Origin: Monosiga brevicollis MX1
Lineage: Eukaryota
Assembly: GCF_000002865.3 (NCBI RefSeq)
Contig: NW_001865071.1
Coordinates: 124,001 to 182,524 of the forward strand
Length of the DNA: 58,524 nt
Reading direction: 5' to 3'
Under the pieces are notes generated by a model that searched no databases, was not told where the DNA came from, and saw nothing but the letters and a program-made list of their open reading frames with translations. Both the position numbers and the translations under genes were made by a program. This document shows, piece by piece, positions 22,873 to 37,401 of this stretch (its first letter is position 1; each line of letters starts with the position of its first letter).

Positions 22873-25800
22873 GACACGCACCTGGTTTGACTTTGTAAAG
22901 CAGCGTGAGCTCGTTGTTGGAAGTCAAAGCATCCACATGTAGATTGACAACGCTTGGCAATTCGTCTGCGAGTGCCGTCAGCTCGTGGAAGTGCGTCGCA
23001 AAAAGGCAAAACGCCCCAATGGTCTTGGCAATGTGCCTACAACCCCCGCATGTCGTCACGCACTCGTCAACTCAGCACCATCCGATGGTCAAACCAGTAT
23101 GCTGTAAAAGGAGCGCCAGGACGTACTCTGAAATAGCCCAGGCTAGCCCAAAGCCATCGTAAGTGGATGTGCCACGGCCCAGCTCGTCCACGATAATGAG
23201 TGAGTTACGGCTCGCGGCTGACAAAATGCTTGCAGTTTCCAGCATCTCTGCCATAAATGTTGAGATGCCCTAAACAGACATCCAAGTCCCCAAATTGACA
23301 TTAGATTTCGAGCGCAGACGCGATTGAGCCTTGCCGCAGCCTGCGCTGTCACTCATTGCGTGAAGCTAGGCAGACAGGCCATGCCTGCTCCTTGGCCAAG
23401 TTGCCAACTTGCCTTGAGCTGACTGTCGCCAGCACCCACGCGGGCCAGAACGGCATCCACCACCGCAATCTCGGCCGTGTTTGCTGGAACAAAGCAGCCA
23501 ATCTGTGCCATCAAGACTGCCATGCCAATCTACGAGCGCGCAAGAAAAAGTGCAAAGCCGAAATGATCATCTGCCGTTCGGCTCGACGAGCTATTTGCCA
23601 AACAAAACTGAGCAACGTGGCCAAACCTGTCGAATGTAGGTCGATTTACCGCCCATGTTGGGCCCGGTGATGATTTGAAACTCGCCGTCCTCTCGACGCA
23701 AGTCCACGTCATTGGGGATGAATGCCAATTCGTCTTGCACCTCCAGGCAGGGATGGCGGCAGGCCTTCAAGGTGATGTTGCCTTCCCCTGCACGTCAAAT
23801 CAAATGAGTCCCATTTGAGGTTAGAAAAGAGAGAAACAGAGACCGCGAAAAGGGAAATTAAGAGCACCCGCCTTCGCCGCAAGTGTGGCTCGGGTGCACG
23901 CACACCCTGCCGACGCACTTACCCATGGCATGCATGACGGGGCGCACATAAGGTACGGGAGCCCGCAGCGAGGCGGTGGCCAAAGACAAGAAGACGTCCT
24001 GAAGCATGAACCGCAGCGGTGGACGTGATGTTAATGGCTGCCTGTCCTCAGGACACTGCATCAGGCACAAAATGAGAGTTTAGCTGACACGCACCAAAAC
24101 TGCGATGACGGCATTCAGCTCTTCCATGGGTTCCTCGTAGCCGGATGCAATGCCTGCAAGCCCGCACGGACATCACCAAGTCAGCGGGAGCCGCGTTGCA
24201 GCGAAAAAGAAACGGTTGACGAGGTTTGGGTGCAGGCTTCCCAATGAGAAGGCGCGTACCAATCACTTTAGCGGCCACCTCGGCCTGAATTTCTGCGTAG
24301 CGGTCATGTTGTGCTTGCCGGGCTGATGTCCCAAGAAAAGAAACAAAAACCCCTCGGTCAGCGAAAAATGTTCTGGCAGCTCATCCTGCTTGGGGTGACG
24401 GCCCTCACCTTCGTTGAGACGCGACAGGCGCTTGTTTGTAAACTTAATCCCGTTCTTTTGCGTTTCAATGGTGGTGTAGGCCTTGTTGTTACGCAGCAGC
24501 TGTCATGTTCACCCAGGGATGAGCTGCGGCCCTCGACCAGGAACATGGCAGATGACTGATGCGAGGCAGCTCGACAAGGTGACGAGACTCACCTTATCAT
24601 ATGCCCGTGTGACGCGAAAGAGATACTGCTTGCTCTTCGCGTCTTGCTCACACTTGAGGCTCTTGCCATACTCGAGGTTTAGGTCCTCTGCTGCCTCTTC
24701 GCAGGCCGAGGTGATTTCCTCTTCAATCGTATCGATGGCCTCGCGGGTCTTCTGCATGTCTTCATTGAACGTTGGTTTGATAAAGTAATTTTGATGGTCG
24801 GCTTGCTCCAGATCAATCGTGCGCTCAACCAACTCGAGGTATTTTTCAAAGTCCTAACACCGCGACGTGGAGATACGCCCGTGAGTGGGGCCCACGCGCA
24901 GACCAAGTGACGTTCTACCTCCGACCCTTGTCTTGAAATTCTCGTTGCGACTGAGACTCACCTCGAACAGAGTAGTAAAATCCTCCAAAAATTGTTTGTG
25001 CAAGAGGGTGGCATGGGTGCCTTCAAAATCCTGGAGGTGCTCAATCAAATCAGGCCTGCATCGAGAAGGACAGCGGGCAGGGGGGGTGGTGAGATTGCAG
25101 ATCACGCGTAGATGCATGCCAGGTGCGCTCAACGCAACATCGACGCACAAGCGCTTGACGGCCATGTAGACAGACACCACGTCTTGCAGGCGAGCCCGTT
25201 GGCGAGCAAACTTCTTGGACAGTCGGCTGAGATCTGGCATCTTCTTCAAAGCAGTTTCCTATGTGTGAAAGCCCGACGGGGGAGCACGTGCCATGAGACT
25301 CGGCCAGCGATCAGTGCCGGCGTCGCAAAATGGCAGGAACAAAACAGGTCGTTGTCCTTTGCCCTGCAGGTTGGCTTTGAACTGCCTCGACCGTAGTCTG
25401 CGCAGCGGATCATGGGAACTTGCCAAGTTTTGCTTGAGATCATCGGCTTCAATAAAGCACTCAACCAAGTCGTGGCGCTCACGGATGCGATTGACGTCAA
25501 GGAGGGGTTGCTTCAACCACTGGTATAGCAGACGCTGTCCCTGGAGCGTCTTGCAGTGATTGAGAAGTCCAAAGAGTGAGTGTGACTTTGTGCTGTGGGG
25601 ACCGGCCGGAAAGACATTCAAAGCACGCATGGCTGCGCTGTCCAATCGCATGTACTGCACCAAAGCCCACATCGCATGTTGTTGTTGTTGTTGTTTTTTG
25701 TTTTTTGACCCGGTGATCGACGAGATGCAAGTCCAATAGAAATCACAGCGGAGTGAAATTACGTGACGCTTGAATGAACCGGAGTAGCAAGAGTGCATGA

Positions 25801-26076
25801 CCGGCCATGACGAAAGTGGGGAGCATACCTGGGTAAAGTTGAAGGTACTGAGACGAAACTTGTTTGTGTTGGCGTCATCGGCGAGAAGATCCAGATAGTG
25901 GATGACGCAGCACAAGGCAGCCATGGCAGCCTTTTCGTCCACCTGCGGCAGGGCAGCCGCTTTTTGGTCCTGCGCGAGTTTCAACAAGCGCTCCAAGTCT
26001 TGCACCACATCTCTACGGGGGCGATGCACAGAGGCCGTGCAGACAATGAGCACTCGAGATGTGAAACAAAACAAGA

Positions 26077-26111
<35 letters not shown>

Positions 26112-27375
26112 AAACGCTGATGTTAGGCAGTCGCAGTAAGGGGCATACTTGGCCTGGTAATCAGCCTTGCGTCGTGGTGTCACCATGGCGCCATAGCGCT
26201 CGGAGATCTGGGACAACTATTCATTGAATGAATTCACATGGCGTATAGTCAGGCTAGGTGCGTGGCATGCGTTTGGTAACGACATGGACCAGCAAGGAGA
26301 TCAAAAGGGGTGAACATACCTTGGTAATCAGAGGGTTGTTTTGCTCTGACGGCAACAAGACTTCCTTTGGCCCAACCTGCACCAAAAGAGCCTCAAAGTT
26401 GTTGAACTGGGCAGTGTCAGGAAATTGGCACACTCCAAAGCTGGCCTGGGCAGTGTCACAAAATGCAACGCCAACCAGCTATGGAACCCAGGTGATTGCA
26501 ATACAGAATCAGCAGGCATGCAGTTCCCGCCTCCTGCGAACAACTTGTGGAATGGACCGTGCGATTGCAAATCAGATGCGCGCAAACCTGATCATTGCCG
26601 CTTCCTTGCAGGGTGACAGCCAGAACGATGGATGACTGAACCAGATCGCTGTTGTACAGAATGTCCTGAAAGGCCTGGGTGTTGCCCGGAGAGGCCTGGA
26701 GCAGAGGCGGTAAGGGTCACCCGAAGCACTAGCACGAGGCCGAAGGAGGAAGATCGAAGAAGGGTTTGCCCACCTTCTTGGTCACGGCCCATTGGTGGGA
26801 TTTGCCCGAGCTACTGAAGACCTCGACGCGGTAGCGGCGCTGCAACAGCAGATCACGGATGGTCGTCTCAAAGAGCATCTGGTTCATGCTGCAGGACGGC
26901 AATTTTTTGGCTAGCAAGATCAAACAAGGTCGAGGTGAGCCCTCGTCAGGCAGGCGTCGAGGAGGGAGTGCGGCTGGGCTGCTGCTCAAGCGTACCGCCG
27001 TAGTATTTGAGCACGCCCTGGGATTTGAAGATGTTCTTGGCCGCGTACAGAGCATCGTCGCCGTGCAAAGTGTAGTAGTCCTACGGTGAGTCGGCATCGA
27101 GCACCACGACCGAACCGGCTGAGCAACCCCGACTCGAATCCCGCAGGGCCGGAGACGGTGCCCGAATGGAGCATAAATCCCACAGCCAAAACTCACGCCG
27201 CGATCAAAGAAGCGGATGCATGTGGCTGGCTTGGCAGGCAACCGCTCGTAGGCCGCACAAAAACCGCTCTCTTCTGCATTGACACCCAGCACACGCCGAC
27301 ACAGCCAATAGAGGTTGAGAAGGCGCCATGGAGCCAGGATAGCGATACCAACCACCATCATTCCACCTTACCCAT
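22313..27375 (-). CDS. MSH2: DNA mismatch repair protein MSH2; multi-exon, start tentative
   Basis: Motifs [82 protein letters not shown] and [10 protein letters not shown]. Confidence 0.96.
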
Positions 27376-27475
27376 GTTGTCGGTGCACCAAGGCGTCGTT
27401 GCTGGATACACCAATACCCGCGCCCACGCGTTCCACCCAATGAAGTCTCTCCACCCTCGAGCCAATTCGATGCCC

Positions 27476-27525
27476 GATGCGATGCGATGCGATGCGATGC
27501 CACCACAAAATGCAAAACCGCGCCT

Positions 27526-27576
<51 letters not shown>
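27476..27576. repeat. (GATGC)5 followed by (GT)n
   Basis: Pentamer run at 27476-27500 and GT tract at 27528-27576 between MSH2 and the TALPID3-like gene. Confidence 0.92.
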
Positions 27577-27583
<7 letters not shown>

Positions 27584-27750
27584 TTTCTTTTGTTGAATGC
27601 CCAATTTGTAACGGTCACATCGCTTTCAAGCAAAAGTTGACAGTTACACTTTGTGTGTGTGTCTGTCTGTCTGTCTGTCTCCGCTCGCTCTCTCTCTCTC
27701 ATTCTTTTTCGCACACTCTCTCTCTCACTCTCTCTTTGTGATCGGCGACC

Positions 27751-30700
27751 ATGGCGACAGGTGAGTGATGGGTGAGCGTGTCGGGCTGAGCATGTGCTGG
27801 GTCGAGCAGATGAGCAGACATGAACTTGCCGGGATGAGATGTTGCTCGCGATTCCTTTGGTTGTCTGGATCAGGCTCATCATGCGGCTGTTGATTAGACG
27901 TGGTCGTGGCACGCCCGAATCAGGCCACCGCAGCCCCGACTTCAACATTGATGGGACCTCGGCAACAGCTCCTCACGCGCCGTGGCCGGTTGCAGCGTGC
28001 AGTCCATGGCGAACCCACCGCTGCGCAGGCAGCACCTGCTCACTACACGGCCAACGAAGTTTCAAACCAGGTCACCCAGGTCATGGGCACGTACCTGCGC
28101 GACTGGTCTGAGCGACAGCAAGAGCAACAAACTCGCCTCCTGGATCAACAGCGCATGCTCCTTCAGGAGACGCAGAGCCAGCTCGATCGATCGCTCAAAG
28201 CGAGCGAGGGTCGGCTCGCCCAAGGAATCGTCGTCCACACTCATGCCCAGCAGCCGGGCGCCTCGACACTTCCCCAATACGCCTCAAAGTCGTCCCCACA
28301 TGCACCCCACCCACACCACCACACACCCTCCCTGCGCTGCTCAGCAACAGGAACCCGCTGCCGCGGCCGCGGAGGGAGCTGTCGCCACTCCAGCCACCGT
28401 GAGAATCGGGCTCACCTGACCGCAGCCCCCTCTGCGCCTGCCTTCGCCTCTTCTTCCTCGTCTTTAGACCGCCTTGTCCAGGTCTGTCCATGTTCCGCAA
28501 TGAATGGGACCCGAAACACCTATTGATTTGCGCGTCCCTCTCATGCCACTGTTTTGCTTTACTTATTTTTTATTTTTTATTTTTTATTTTTTCTTGCTAA
28601 ATTCTCTACCCATCCTTGTTTTTGTTGAATGCTGCTGTGGCATCACTGTCGTAGACGGCTGCAAGTCTGCGGGATGAACTTGCTCAATTGCGTGGCCATA
28701 CTGATCACCAGTTTGGGGCTCTGCGTCGCACACCCGCCCCTCTCGACCGCTACCTCGCTCCGCAATCCAAGTCGCCCCCCGTGTCCAACACATACACAAC
28801 GCCGCGACGAGCCCCAGGCCAGGATGGCATGGTGTCTGAGGCTGAGGCCCAGCTGGCTGCCGCACGCCGGCAGCAAGAGGAGCTCTCGACCCGCCTGGCC
28901 CTCTTTGATTCGCAGATGGATATGGAAGATGCTCTCTTGGATGTCTTTGGACCAGCTCACGATGAGGAGACAGACCAAGCCGCCATTCGCCGCTCTGTCA
29001 TGGATGCAATGCGCCGTGCTCGTGCACAAGTGCATTGGGAACAAGCTGGTCTCCCCTTACCCACTTCCTCTGAGAGTGAGACGGGCAGCAGCATTGCTCA
29101 TGCCCAACGCAAGTTTTCGCCCCGCCCAGGAACAAAGCTTTACCACCCTGACAAACACTCTACGGAGCCACCTGGCCCACCTTCTGACCCACCAAAAGCT
29201 TCACCATCTCGGAATCCCAATCCAAGGAAGCGACGCGCCTTGCCGCACGAAATAGGCATCCATGGCCCCACTGCAGCCCCTTTCCGCGCGACCCGTGCCT
29301 CGCAACTTCGTGCCGAAGCAAATCGCCAACGTGCCACTCAGGAATCAAGTCGCGCACAAAAGCCACGCCGCCAACCAAGCACAAGGGTAGAGCCCAAATC
29401 TCGCGCTCCCGTTCCCTCCGCCCCCATCGATCCACCCCGAGCAACGCCGCCCCCTGTTGAAGCCAGTCCACCTACAGCACCCGCCGCACCCGCCGCACCG
29501 TGGGCTCCAGAGGTACACGACCAACTCTTGCACGACATCCTTCAACAACTCCGGCCTCCGCCCCCCGAAGAACCCGCAGTTGCGAGTCCTCCTGCGGATG
29601 TGCCTGAGAGAGCAGACATGCCTGAAGCGGCCCTGTCCTCGGACACTGTCCATCCAACTCTGACCTATCAAGCGCCACCCACCACCAGCTGGCAGCCTGC
29701 TGCCATTGGACGGCGTGCTTTGGGCGACGCCGCCCGCTGGACAGCCGCTGCTCCCCCAGATCTCGGCACGGATTGGCATCAAGAGCTGGCCCGAATGACG
29801 GAAGACCACGTGATGGCAGCCGCTCTCTCCGCGGCACACATTTCACGCCTGCCGCCCCCACCGCCCCGTTCTAGCCCAGCTCCAGAGGCTCCCCAAAACT
29901 CGCTTTTGCTTGCTCACTTGCAACCCAAGCAAATCGAGCAGCTAGTGTTGGACGACTTGGTTGCGCTCGCTGGTGCCGAAGCAGCTGCTCTCCGCGCCGA
30001 ACGCGCGCCTCCGTTGCCCGTGGAGTCGCCTGCACCCCCAACACCCCTGCGCAGCACCCCGGACGCGGATGGACTAATCACCGCGCCGACATCGCGGATC
30101 GTCACCCCTACCCCCTCCGAGTCTGATGATGCCTCGGTTGCCCCAGCCACCCCTGTCCCAGAGCCTCAGCCAGAGCCTGTACCCCGTGGGCCCGCGACAG
30201 CTGACATCCAGGTGCAGACCGAGTCGCCAAGGCAGTTGGTGGTGCGAGCTTCGTCACCGGTGGGCTTTGGGCCAGCAAGCCCACAACTGATTGGCACAGC
30301 CATCAGCGAAGCCTCCGAGCCAATTAGCCGCTTGGCTGATGCCACGTTGTCGACGCCGCCCAACTCGCCGCCGTTTAAATCTCACGGCGCGGCCCACCAA
30401 GAAACTCAGACCACGGATCCTATCCAATCTCCCTCCCGGTCCTCGTCAATCGCTGACGTGCTGACCTCGCCGCCAGCCCCAGTGGCATCGACGCCACCGC
30501 CGGACGTGGGCCCCATCACAAACGAGGACGTCACCAGCATAGCTTCGCATCCCTCTAGCGTGAGCATGCACTCCGTTGGTCTCTCCGCGGCCTGGCCCGT
30601 CTCTGGAGGCCACGCGGCAATGAGTCTCCTTTCGGTCGGAGAGGTCTCACTACCCAGCGAGCTCGACTCCTCGCAGGCCAGTCGTGAGCCTGGTCAGTTA

Positions 30701-31174
30701 TCAGCCTCATCAAGTAGCGCCCTTTCTGAACTTTCGCAGGGCGACGAAAGTGCGTGGAGTGAGGGTCAGGTGGGTCAAGAGCCCTGGGCCGCAGCTCATC
30801 AAAATGCCTGGGCTGAGTCTCGCACGAGCGAGGAGCATTCTGATGCTGACTCGAGCTCTCTTGCCCTAAGCGAGGGCCTCCTTTCCTTGGGCGAACTACC
30901 CGTTGCAGCTCCGGTGACGGCCACTTGGTGGCCGGCTGCCCCACAACCACGCCCAGCGCCTCGAACGCCGATGCCGCATCCTGCCAGTGCGCTCGGCTCC
31001 CCGCTCCACTCACCAACAGGACATGTCAGTCCCGCAAACGTGCGCGATTGGTCCGTTCAAGAGACAGAGCATGCGGCGTGGCACGTGCAAGCGCCTTTTG
31101 CCACGGGCCAACGATCATCACCCGTGGCCCATCTGGCCGACCACCTCAGCGAAGATGATGGATCGAGTTTCTAA
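27751..31174 (+). CDS. Probable TALPID3/KIAA0586-like centriolar protein (coiled coil plus long Pro/Ser-rich region); multi-exon with a last exon of about 2.5 kb
   Basis: ATGGCGACAG|gtgagt first exon and an open 828-aa final frame. The segment AEAQLAAARRQQEELSTRL...DQAAIRRSVMDAM recalls the TALPID3 conserved coiled coil (...EKIRIRKTVDEWI). TP-rich tracts and C-terminal LSVGEV, WSEGQV and LSEG motifs follow. Coding status is likely; the identity is tentative. Confidence 0.55.
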
Positions 31175-31364
31175 TAGGCGGCGCAACGGCGCACGAGTCG
31201 CAGCTGTTGTCCAAGGTCGCTATCTGAATTTAATTTCAACGAATGTTACTATGACCAGGATCGAAATCTTCCTTTGATGGCACGAAGCAAGGGGGCAACA
31301 GGGGCGCACGGAGAGGTCGTGGACAGCAAAAGAAGCGAAACACCGGCAAGGGACAACGCTCGAC

Positions 31365-34300
31365 CTATTGGAAGGCTGCCGTCAGGAACTTCTGGTCGGC
31401 CTCGGTTAGGCGTGCCGTGAGCTGGGAAAATTGAGCCGGAGATCCGTCGCGCAAGGCAACAAAGCCTTGCTCCAGGTATTCCTGCCCGCGTCCAGAGCCA
31501 AGGAGGCAGGGAGAGAAGGGTTGTATCAGCACAGAACAAGGCAGCAGATGGGGAGAAAGGATGGTTCGTGCGCTGCCTGACCTTGAGATTGACCTGACTG
31601 AGGGGGTCTGCCTTGACATCTGGATCATCATCCATATCCAAGTCATCCTCAAACTGGCCAAAGCCGAGGTCCACGATATCTACCAGACGCTCCCAAGGCA
31701 AAGTGAGGTCCGGTGGGCAATGAGACGGGACGAGACTCGCGCATCAAACGTACCCGACGTGGAGAAGATTTCATCGGCTGGTACAAAAGTGCCATCAGCC
31801 AACTGTCCTTGTTCATCAACATCTTCCCACTCATCTTCAACCTCAGCGTCATCATCATCGTCGTCACCCTCGGCCTGCTTGAGCGTCTCATCATGGTGTT
31901 GGCGCACCAGGAGCTGGAAGACGCGCTCCAGAAGAGGCACCTGTGCAAACTGGGGCCCACCATCTATGGCCACAGCAAAAGGGGAGATATGTAAGGACCG
32001 CGCTTCTCTCCTCAGTGGTCAGCCAGGAGGCTTGGACGGAGGACTGGCACTTACTCTTGCGCGCTCGCGAGCGCAACTGAATGCCTACACCCACGCACGC
32101 GGGCAAAGGCAAGTGCGTGAGGCGAGAATACAGAGGGAGGCAAGCAACTTTGCAAAGAAAAGGTTGCTTCTCCCATCGACGTTTACACGCTCAAGCTCAC
32201 CTGGTTTGTGGATTTCTTCGCCTTGCACGGTGCAGGAGAGAAGGTCGGCGTCATCGCGCATAAGAAGTTTGCTGAGCGCCACCGTACTCACAATTGTATC
32301 GTAGTTGCCATAAAAGTCCGTGTGGTTTTGAACCCACATCCGCAAGACAAACTCAAGCGCTCTGCACCACAAAATACTGTGAGCAAGCGACACGCCCTTC
32401 AAAAGCAAAGATCGTGTCAGTCAGATGGTAACGCACTGGTGAGCTCGCAGGAATTGCAAGACTGTGTCCAGGTTCTCATTGGCTAGCCGAGCAAAAATGA
32501 GAAGAAGACTCTGCGTGTACCACAAGGTGGCAGGCGTGGCGTTAAATATGGAGCTAAAAGGGCATGCCGACACAACGCGAGGCACGCATCACATGCAACA
32601 CACAACAGACCTGCTGCACAGTCAGCGTGCGCGAGCTTTGCAGCTTGTGCAGAGTGGCCAGCAGAATCTAAACCGCGCAAAAATTGTGAGTGAGACATGG
32701 TAGGCACATAAACCCACCGCTGATCGACTGACCTGCTCTGTGATTGGGCCGAGAGCGTCGCCGGCGCGCAGAATCAAACTTGTCACCATCATGCCGGCAA
32801 AGGCGCACGCAGACTCTGGCACTTCGGGCGACAAAATATGGGCGATGACCTGCACGACCATGTCCAGGCCTGAACGGCCATTGTGTGAAAACGCCAACAG
32901 AGCTTGAAAGTGCTGCATAGGCACCATCCGCATAACTCGTGAGACGCTCGCCCGCAGAATGTCAGAACGAGTATTGCTGACAAGTCAAGCAAGGGAACCT
33001 ACCCGGCTAATGAACATGCGAACGGCCTCAACACCATTCTACATTCGGCAAACCCACAGCCAATGTCAATGTGAGTGTGAAGGCACTGCTTTTGTGGCGT
33101 GCCGATCGAACAACGCACCTGCACCAGGCTAATATCTGAAGAGGTGCAGATGCTGTCCACAACAACTGGCAGCACCTGCTGCAAGAATTGGGCGCCATGT
33201 TCCTCATCTGCTGACTTGGCAATAGCAGCCACGATATCCATGGCGACATGAATGAGGCCCACCAGCCCGGCCTCGTCATGACGCGCTAGCAAGCTTGCCT
33301 ACGTGTATGCCAGTGTTAGGTGTGCGTCTGTGGCGTTGATGATCCTACAGTCGAGCGGAATGCGCAGGACTCACCAGCGTGGGGACGGCTTTGGCCAAGA
33401 GAGTAGGGACTACAGCCGGCAGCTCGGCCAGAGCAGAAAAGTACTCGCCGACAACATCGGCCATCAGTGCGTCGGCCGACGCCTTGAGGAAAACGGCTAG
33501 ACCAAGCGAGCACAGCTTTGAAGCATATGCACCCGTCACCTCTGGATTGACCGGAGCAACCTGCGTCAGCGTCTCCACCATTGTTCGCATCAACTCCTGC
33601 GCGTTTGCCGACCGCATCCGAGCAGAACAGGTTGAACCTGTGAGAGAACACCGCTGACGAGGAGCTCGGGGGACGGCCCAAGCGCGGCTAATAAAATTGA
33701 TTCGAAGGGGTTGTACTCACCATGGTAGACACCGACAAAAGAGCCAAAACGCCTTCATAGATCGCGGCCACGGCTGGGCGGATCGAATCGGGGTTATGAG
33801 TCAGAAGCTTGGTCGCATAAAAGTTGATAGCTTGCAAGCTGCTGGCTTTGAAGGGGATGGGCGCCTCTGGCTGCAAGCCGGACAGGGCGAGTTGCAAGAA
33901 TGACTGCAGAAGCTCAGCCGGCACTGCTTCCGCCAACCGGCCTAGCATAACCGCCACATGCAGTACGTCAGTTGAACCATCAATCGGTGCTAGTGGATGG
34001 GCTGGCCGCATCACAAACAGCCAAGCCTATGCAGCCCCATGGGTCCCGCTGCGGCATACTTACCCGTGGCCAACAACGCACGACCTGCCAGGAACGGGAA
34101 CTGCACCTCCTGGGCCAATGCTGCAATGTCGCGGCCCAAGTAGCTCGGCAAATCAAACTCCACCTAAACACCAAAGCGCACCTACACTTGAGCGCGTGAT
34201 GCTTGCATATTCCTGAGCATGTCGGAGGCTCACCTTGCCCGCGCCAAGCACGTCAATCAGCAACTGGCTCACGGCGGTACGGCAGAGCGTGGCACAGGCG

Positions 34301-37036
34301 CTTTCGCAGGCCGTCCACCTAATGTAAAAATGGACAATTGTTGTGAGCCGATCTGTGCATGTGAGCAGGCGAGAAGAATTGACTTGCTCCACCCGCGGGC
34401 GCTGTACTCCTGGCGAATGAGACGGCGGGCCCACCAGAATTCACTCGTCGTTCGAGCAGCTTGTCCCTTCTCGATGGTTGATGTGATGGCTGATAACAAG
34501 GCCCGTGTGGCCGTGACTTTTCCGTAGCTCTCCAGCAATGTGTCGATCGCAGCAAATGCATGGGCTCGCTACAAAACTCAAAAGAGATTGCTGCATGAGC
34601 CAAAGCTTTCACCCGAGCCGAGAGCGAGTGGTACAAGGCCATCCAAGGCCATCCTAGAGAACATGAAGCAAGAGGATTGCTAAAACTCACGATGCTTGTC
34701 GACATGCTCAAGTCTTCCGCATCGACCAAAAATTGATCAGCATCTTCTAACCAAGTATCGCCCTGTGCTTGCAAGGTCGATCAGCTCAAGGTGAGACGGC
34801 GCCTCATTGGCTGGGTAGGCCAGCGCAGCTAGCGCGAGTCAAAATTTTAGCGCACACCTGCTCCTCGGTCATGGCACCATATTGCATCATAAGAGCAAGA
34901 ATGGTAGGAAGCGAGTCTTTAAGCACAGTGCGGGCTTTGGCATTGTCCGTCAATTCCTTGGGGGTGCAGGCGTTTTCAAAAGAAAGGTCAGAAGAGCTAC
35001 GACGGTGCGCTACAAGCCGGGGGAAAGCCCCCTCTCGCTGTGGAGATGGGAGACCAGGAAGCTGGTGGCCACGTACCGCAATAAAGTCGAAGCAAGCACG
35101 CAAGACTGGCTCCATGGACGTGCTGAGGCCTGGTTGGAGCAAAGGCAATCGGGGTGAACGGGATGCCAAAAAGAAGTAGCCAACTGCAACTGACAAGCAA
35201 GTTTTCTGGCCAGAATGCCCGGCCAGAGCAAGCAAACCTTCTTCATCTTCCTGCTCATCGAGGCCTTCAGAGCTGAAAATCACCGCAGCCTCATAAGTGG
35301 ATGACAACGACACCAGCAGCTTGAGCACCAAGTCTGTCGTCATGGGCAGAAGACTGGCCAGCGGCTAGGCCGATGTAAAAGCATAAAGCGATGATCATGA
35401 GCACATGGTGAGGCTTTGCCTGAGCCCTTGGTCACAAGCAACCGACCCAGGTGACTTTTGCTGCAAGAGAACAGGCTGTAACAAACCTTGGAAAAGGCAG
35501 CCAGCATGGTCGTGATGGAGGTAATGGCTTCGGCCTTGAGACACCAAGGGGTGGCTTCGCTAAAGGCCAGCTCGCCCAACAACGATGTCCACTAAGGCAA
35601 GAGGCAACCCAACGGGGTTGAGTGTGATGGCAGAGCCAGGTACGAGCGGGCCAGGCAGCCGGACGCTAAGATGTACCGGCTGCAGGCGGGGCTTGACGTG
35701 GGCACTGTAGAGAGCGCGATCACCCTCTTGCTTGGTGTAGTCGCTGAGCCCAGTCATAAAGTTGGTCACGGAAGATACGGCCGTTGAGCGAGTGCGAGGG
35801 CCATACTACAAGACACGCTTTGCAATGAGCCGACTGCAGTGCAGCAGACAAAAACAAAGGATGGACGGGGATGTTGGTGGGAAGTCGTTTGGACCGGTGT
35901 TGAGGGCTCGCGACTGCACTTTTGACATGGGCGCGACTCTAACCGCTGTGCTTGTGGCGATATGGTGTAGCGGGGGCAGCAGCAGTGGGGCTAGCGTGGG
36001 CAGGTGGCGCACGTCCACCAGGGCGGAAAGCTCTACATTGAAATCAACGCGGCGTGGCAAAGCGGCGTGTGGTCACCAAGGCGGCGTGTGGTTACCAAGG
36101 CGGCGTTGTGCAAAATGCGTCCTCTCGCTCAAATTGGCTGCACACACCCACACACACACAGGCTGTGTTGGAACATGTTTCATGAAGACACAAAGGAAAG
36201 ACCCACCGGCAAGGACGTGAAGTGCACCGTGAACCAGCGCAGGGGACTCCGATTGCAACGCAGGCACAAGCTAAGGGTAGCAACAATAGTGAGAGCAAAA
36301 TGGAAGGGGACCAAAGGCAGCTAAAACGTGGGTGAGCCAGTTCGGCCAACCTAACCTGATCAAACAGATCCGGCCATTCTTCTGGCCAATCAAGATTGGC
36401 AATGGTTGTGATGCAGTAAATCTATAAGTGGTCAGTGCCCGGGATGATGCGCCGTGAAATAACCGATCACAGCCATGAGGGAACAGCATGGGGGCGTGGT
36501 GACTGGCAAAGGCACGTACAGCCGCGCGCCGGACAAGTCGTTCTTCATGGCCAATGAGGTTGAGCAACCCCTGTTTCAGCTGAGGCCGAGCCTGTTCAAT
36601 TCAAAAGCCATGAGCAGGCAAGCACCATTTGCATCTTGCCGCCTGCAGCTGTCTGGATCAGGGAGCAGGGAATCCGAGGAGACGATTGATCGCCACACAA
36701 ACCTCGTGTGGCACCGCGGGCTCTTCAAAGCTGTCCAAGGTCCGATCCCAATGCGTCTTGATGTGACGCTGCAAGACCAGGAGAGCCGCCTGGCGGATGG
36801 CAACATCCTGGCCCTCAAGAGTGGCCAACGAGGCCACCATGAGAGCAAAACCTACACCAAGACGCATCCGAAACCACCAGGTCAGACTCCACTCGGCCCG
36901 CCCGCTCCGCCTGCTTCACCCGTTACTTGCCTGCCTCGGTCGTCTGAGCTGACTCGATGTGCTTCTCCGCAGCCAACCGCTGCTCCTCTGAGTCCGGCTG
37001 CACAACGGCGCGAAGCGCCTCACTCAAAACATCCAT
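31365..37036 (-). CDS. IPO9: Importin-9 (importin-beta family); multi-exon
   Basis: IBN_N segment QRLAAEKHI...AIRQAALLVLQRHIKTHW and HEAT-like helices. Also SPEVPESACAFAG, ALEFVLRMWVQNHTDFYGNY, an acidic loop and C-terminal DDDPDVKADPLSQVNLKEYL typical of IPO9. Confidence 0.87.
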
Positions 37037-37401
37037 CCCACTGTTGCCGCTGTCAAAAACAAGAGCCGAAACGCGAACAGGTATGAGAACAGGCACAAGA
37101 AGGAGCTTCAACCCCGACCACGACCTTCTCCAGCGAGAACGCGCGCGGGCGGCGACGACGCGATAACGGTCCAATGCCTGACACGTGAATCGCACAAAGT
37201 AAAATACTTTGTACTCGTAGAAGTAAGCACACATTTCTGGTTGCCTGCACTGCCCAAAATACTTTCAAACAGGCGCTTCCCCCAGTACTCCCAGGTAAAA
37301 TACTTTTAACTTTCTTCCTCCATCACATCTTCGCCCTTAAAATCTGAGCCTGAAATACTTTTTTTTATGTACGACTAGGAATGGTATTTATCAGCATTCA
37401 A

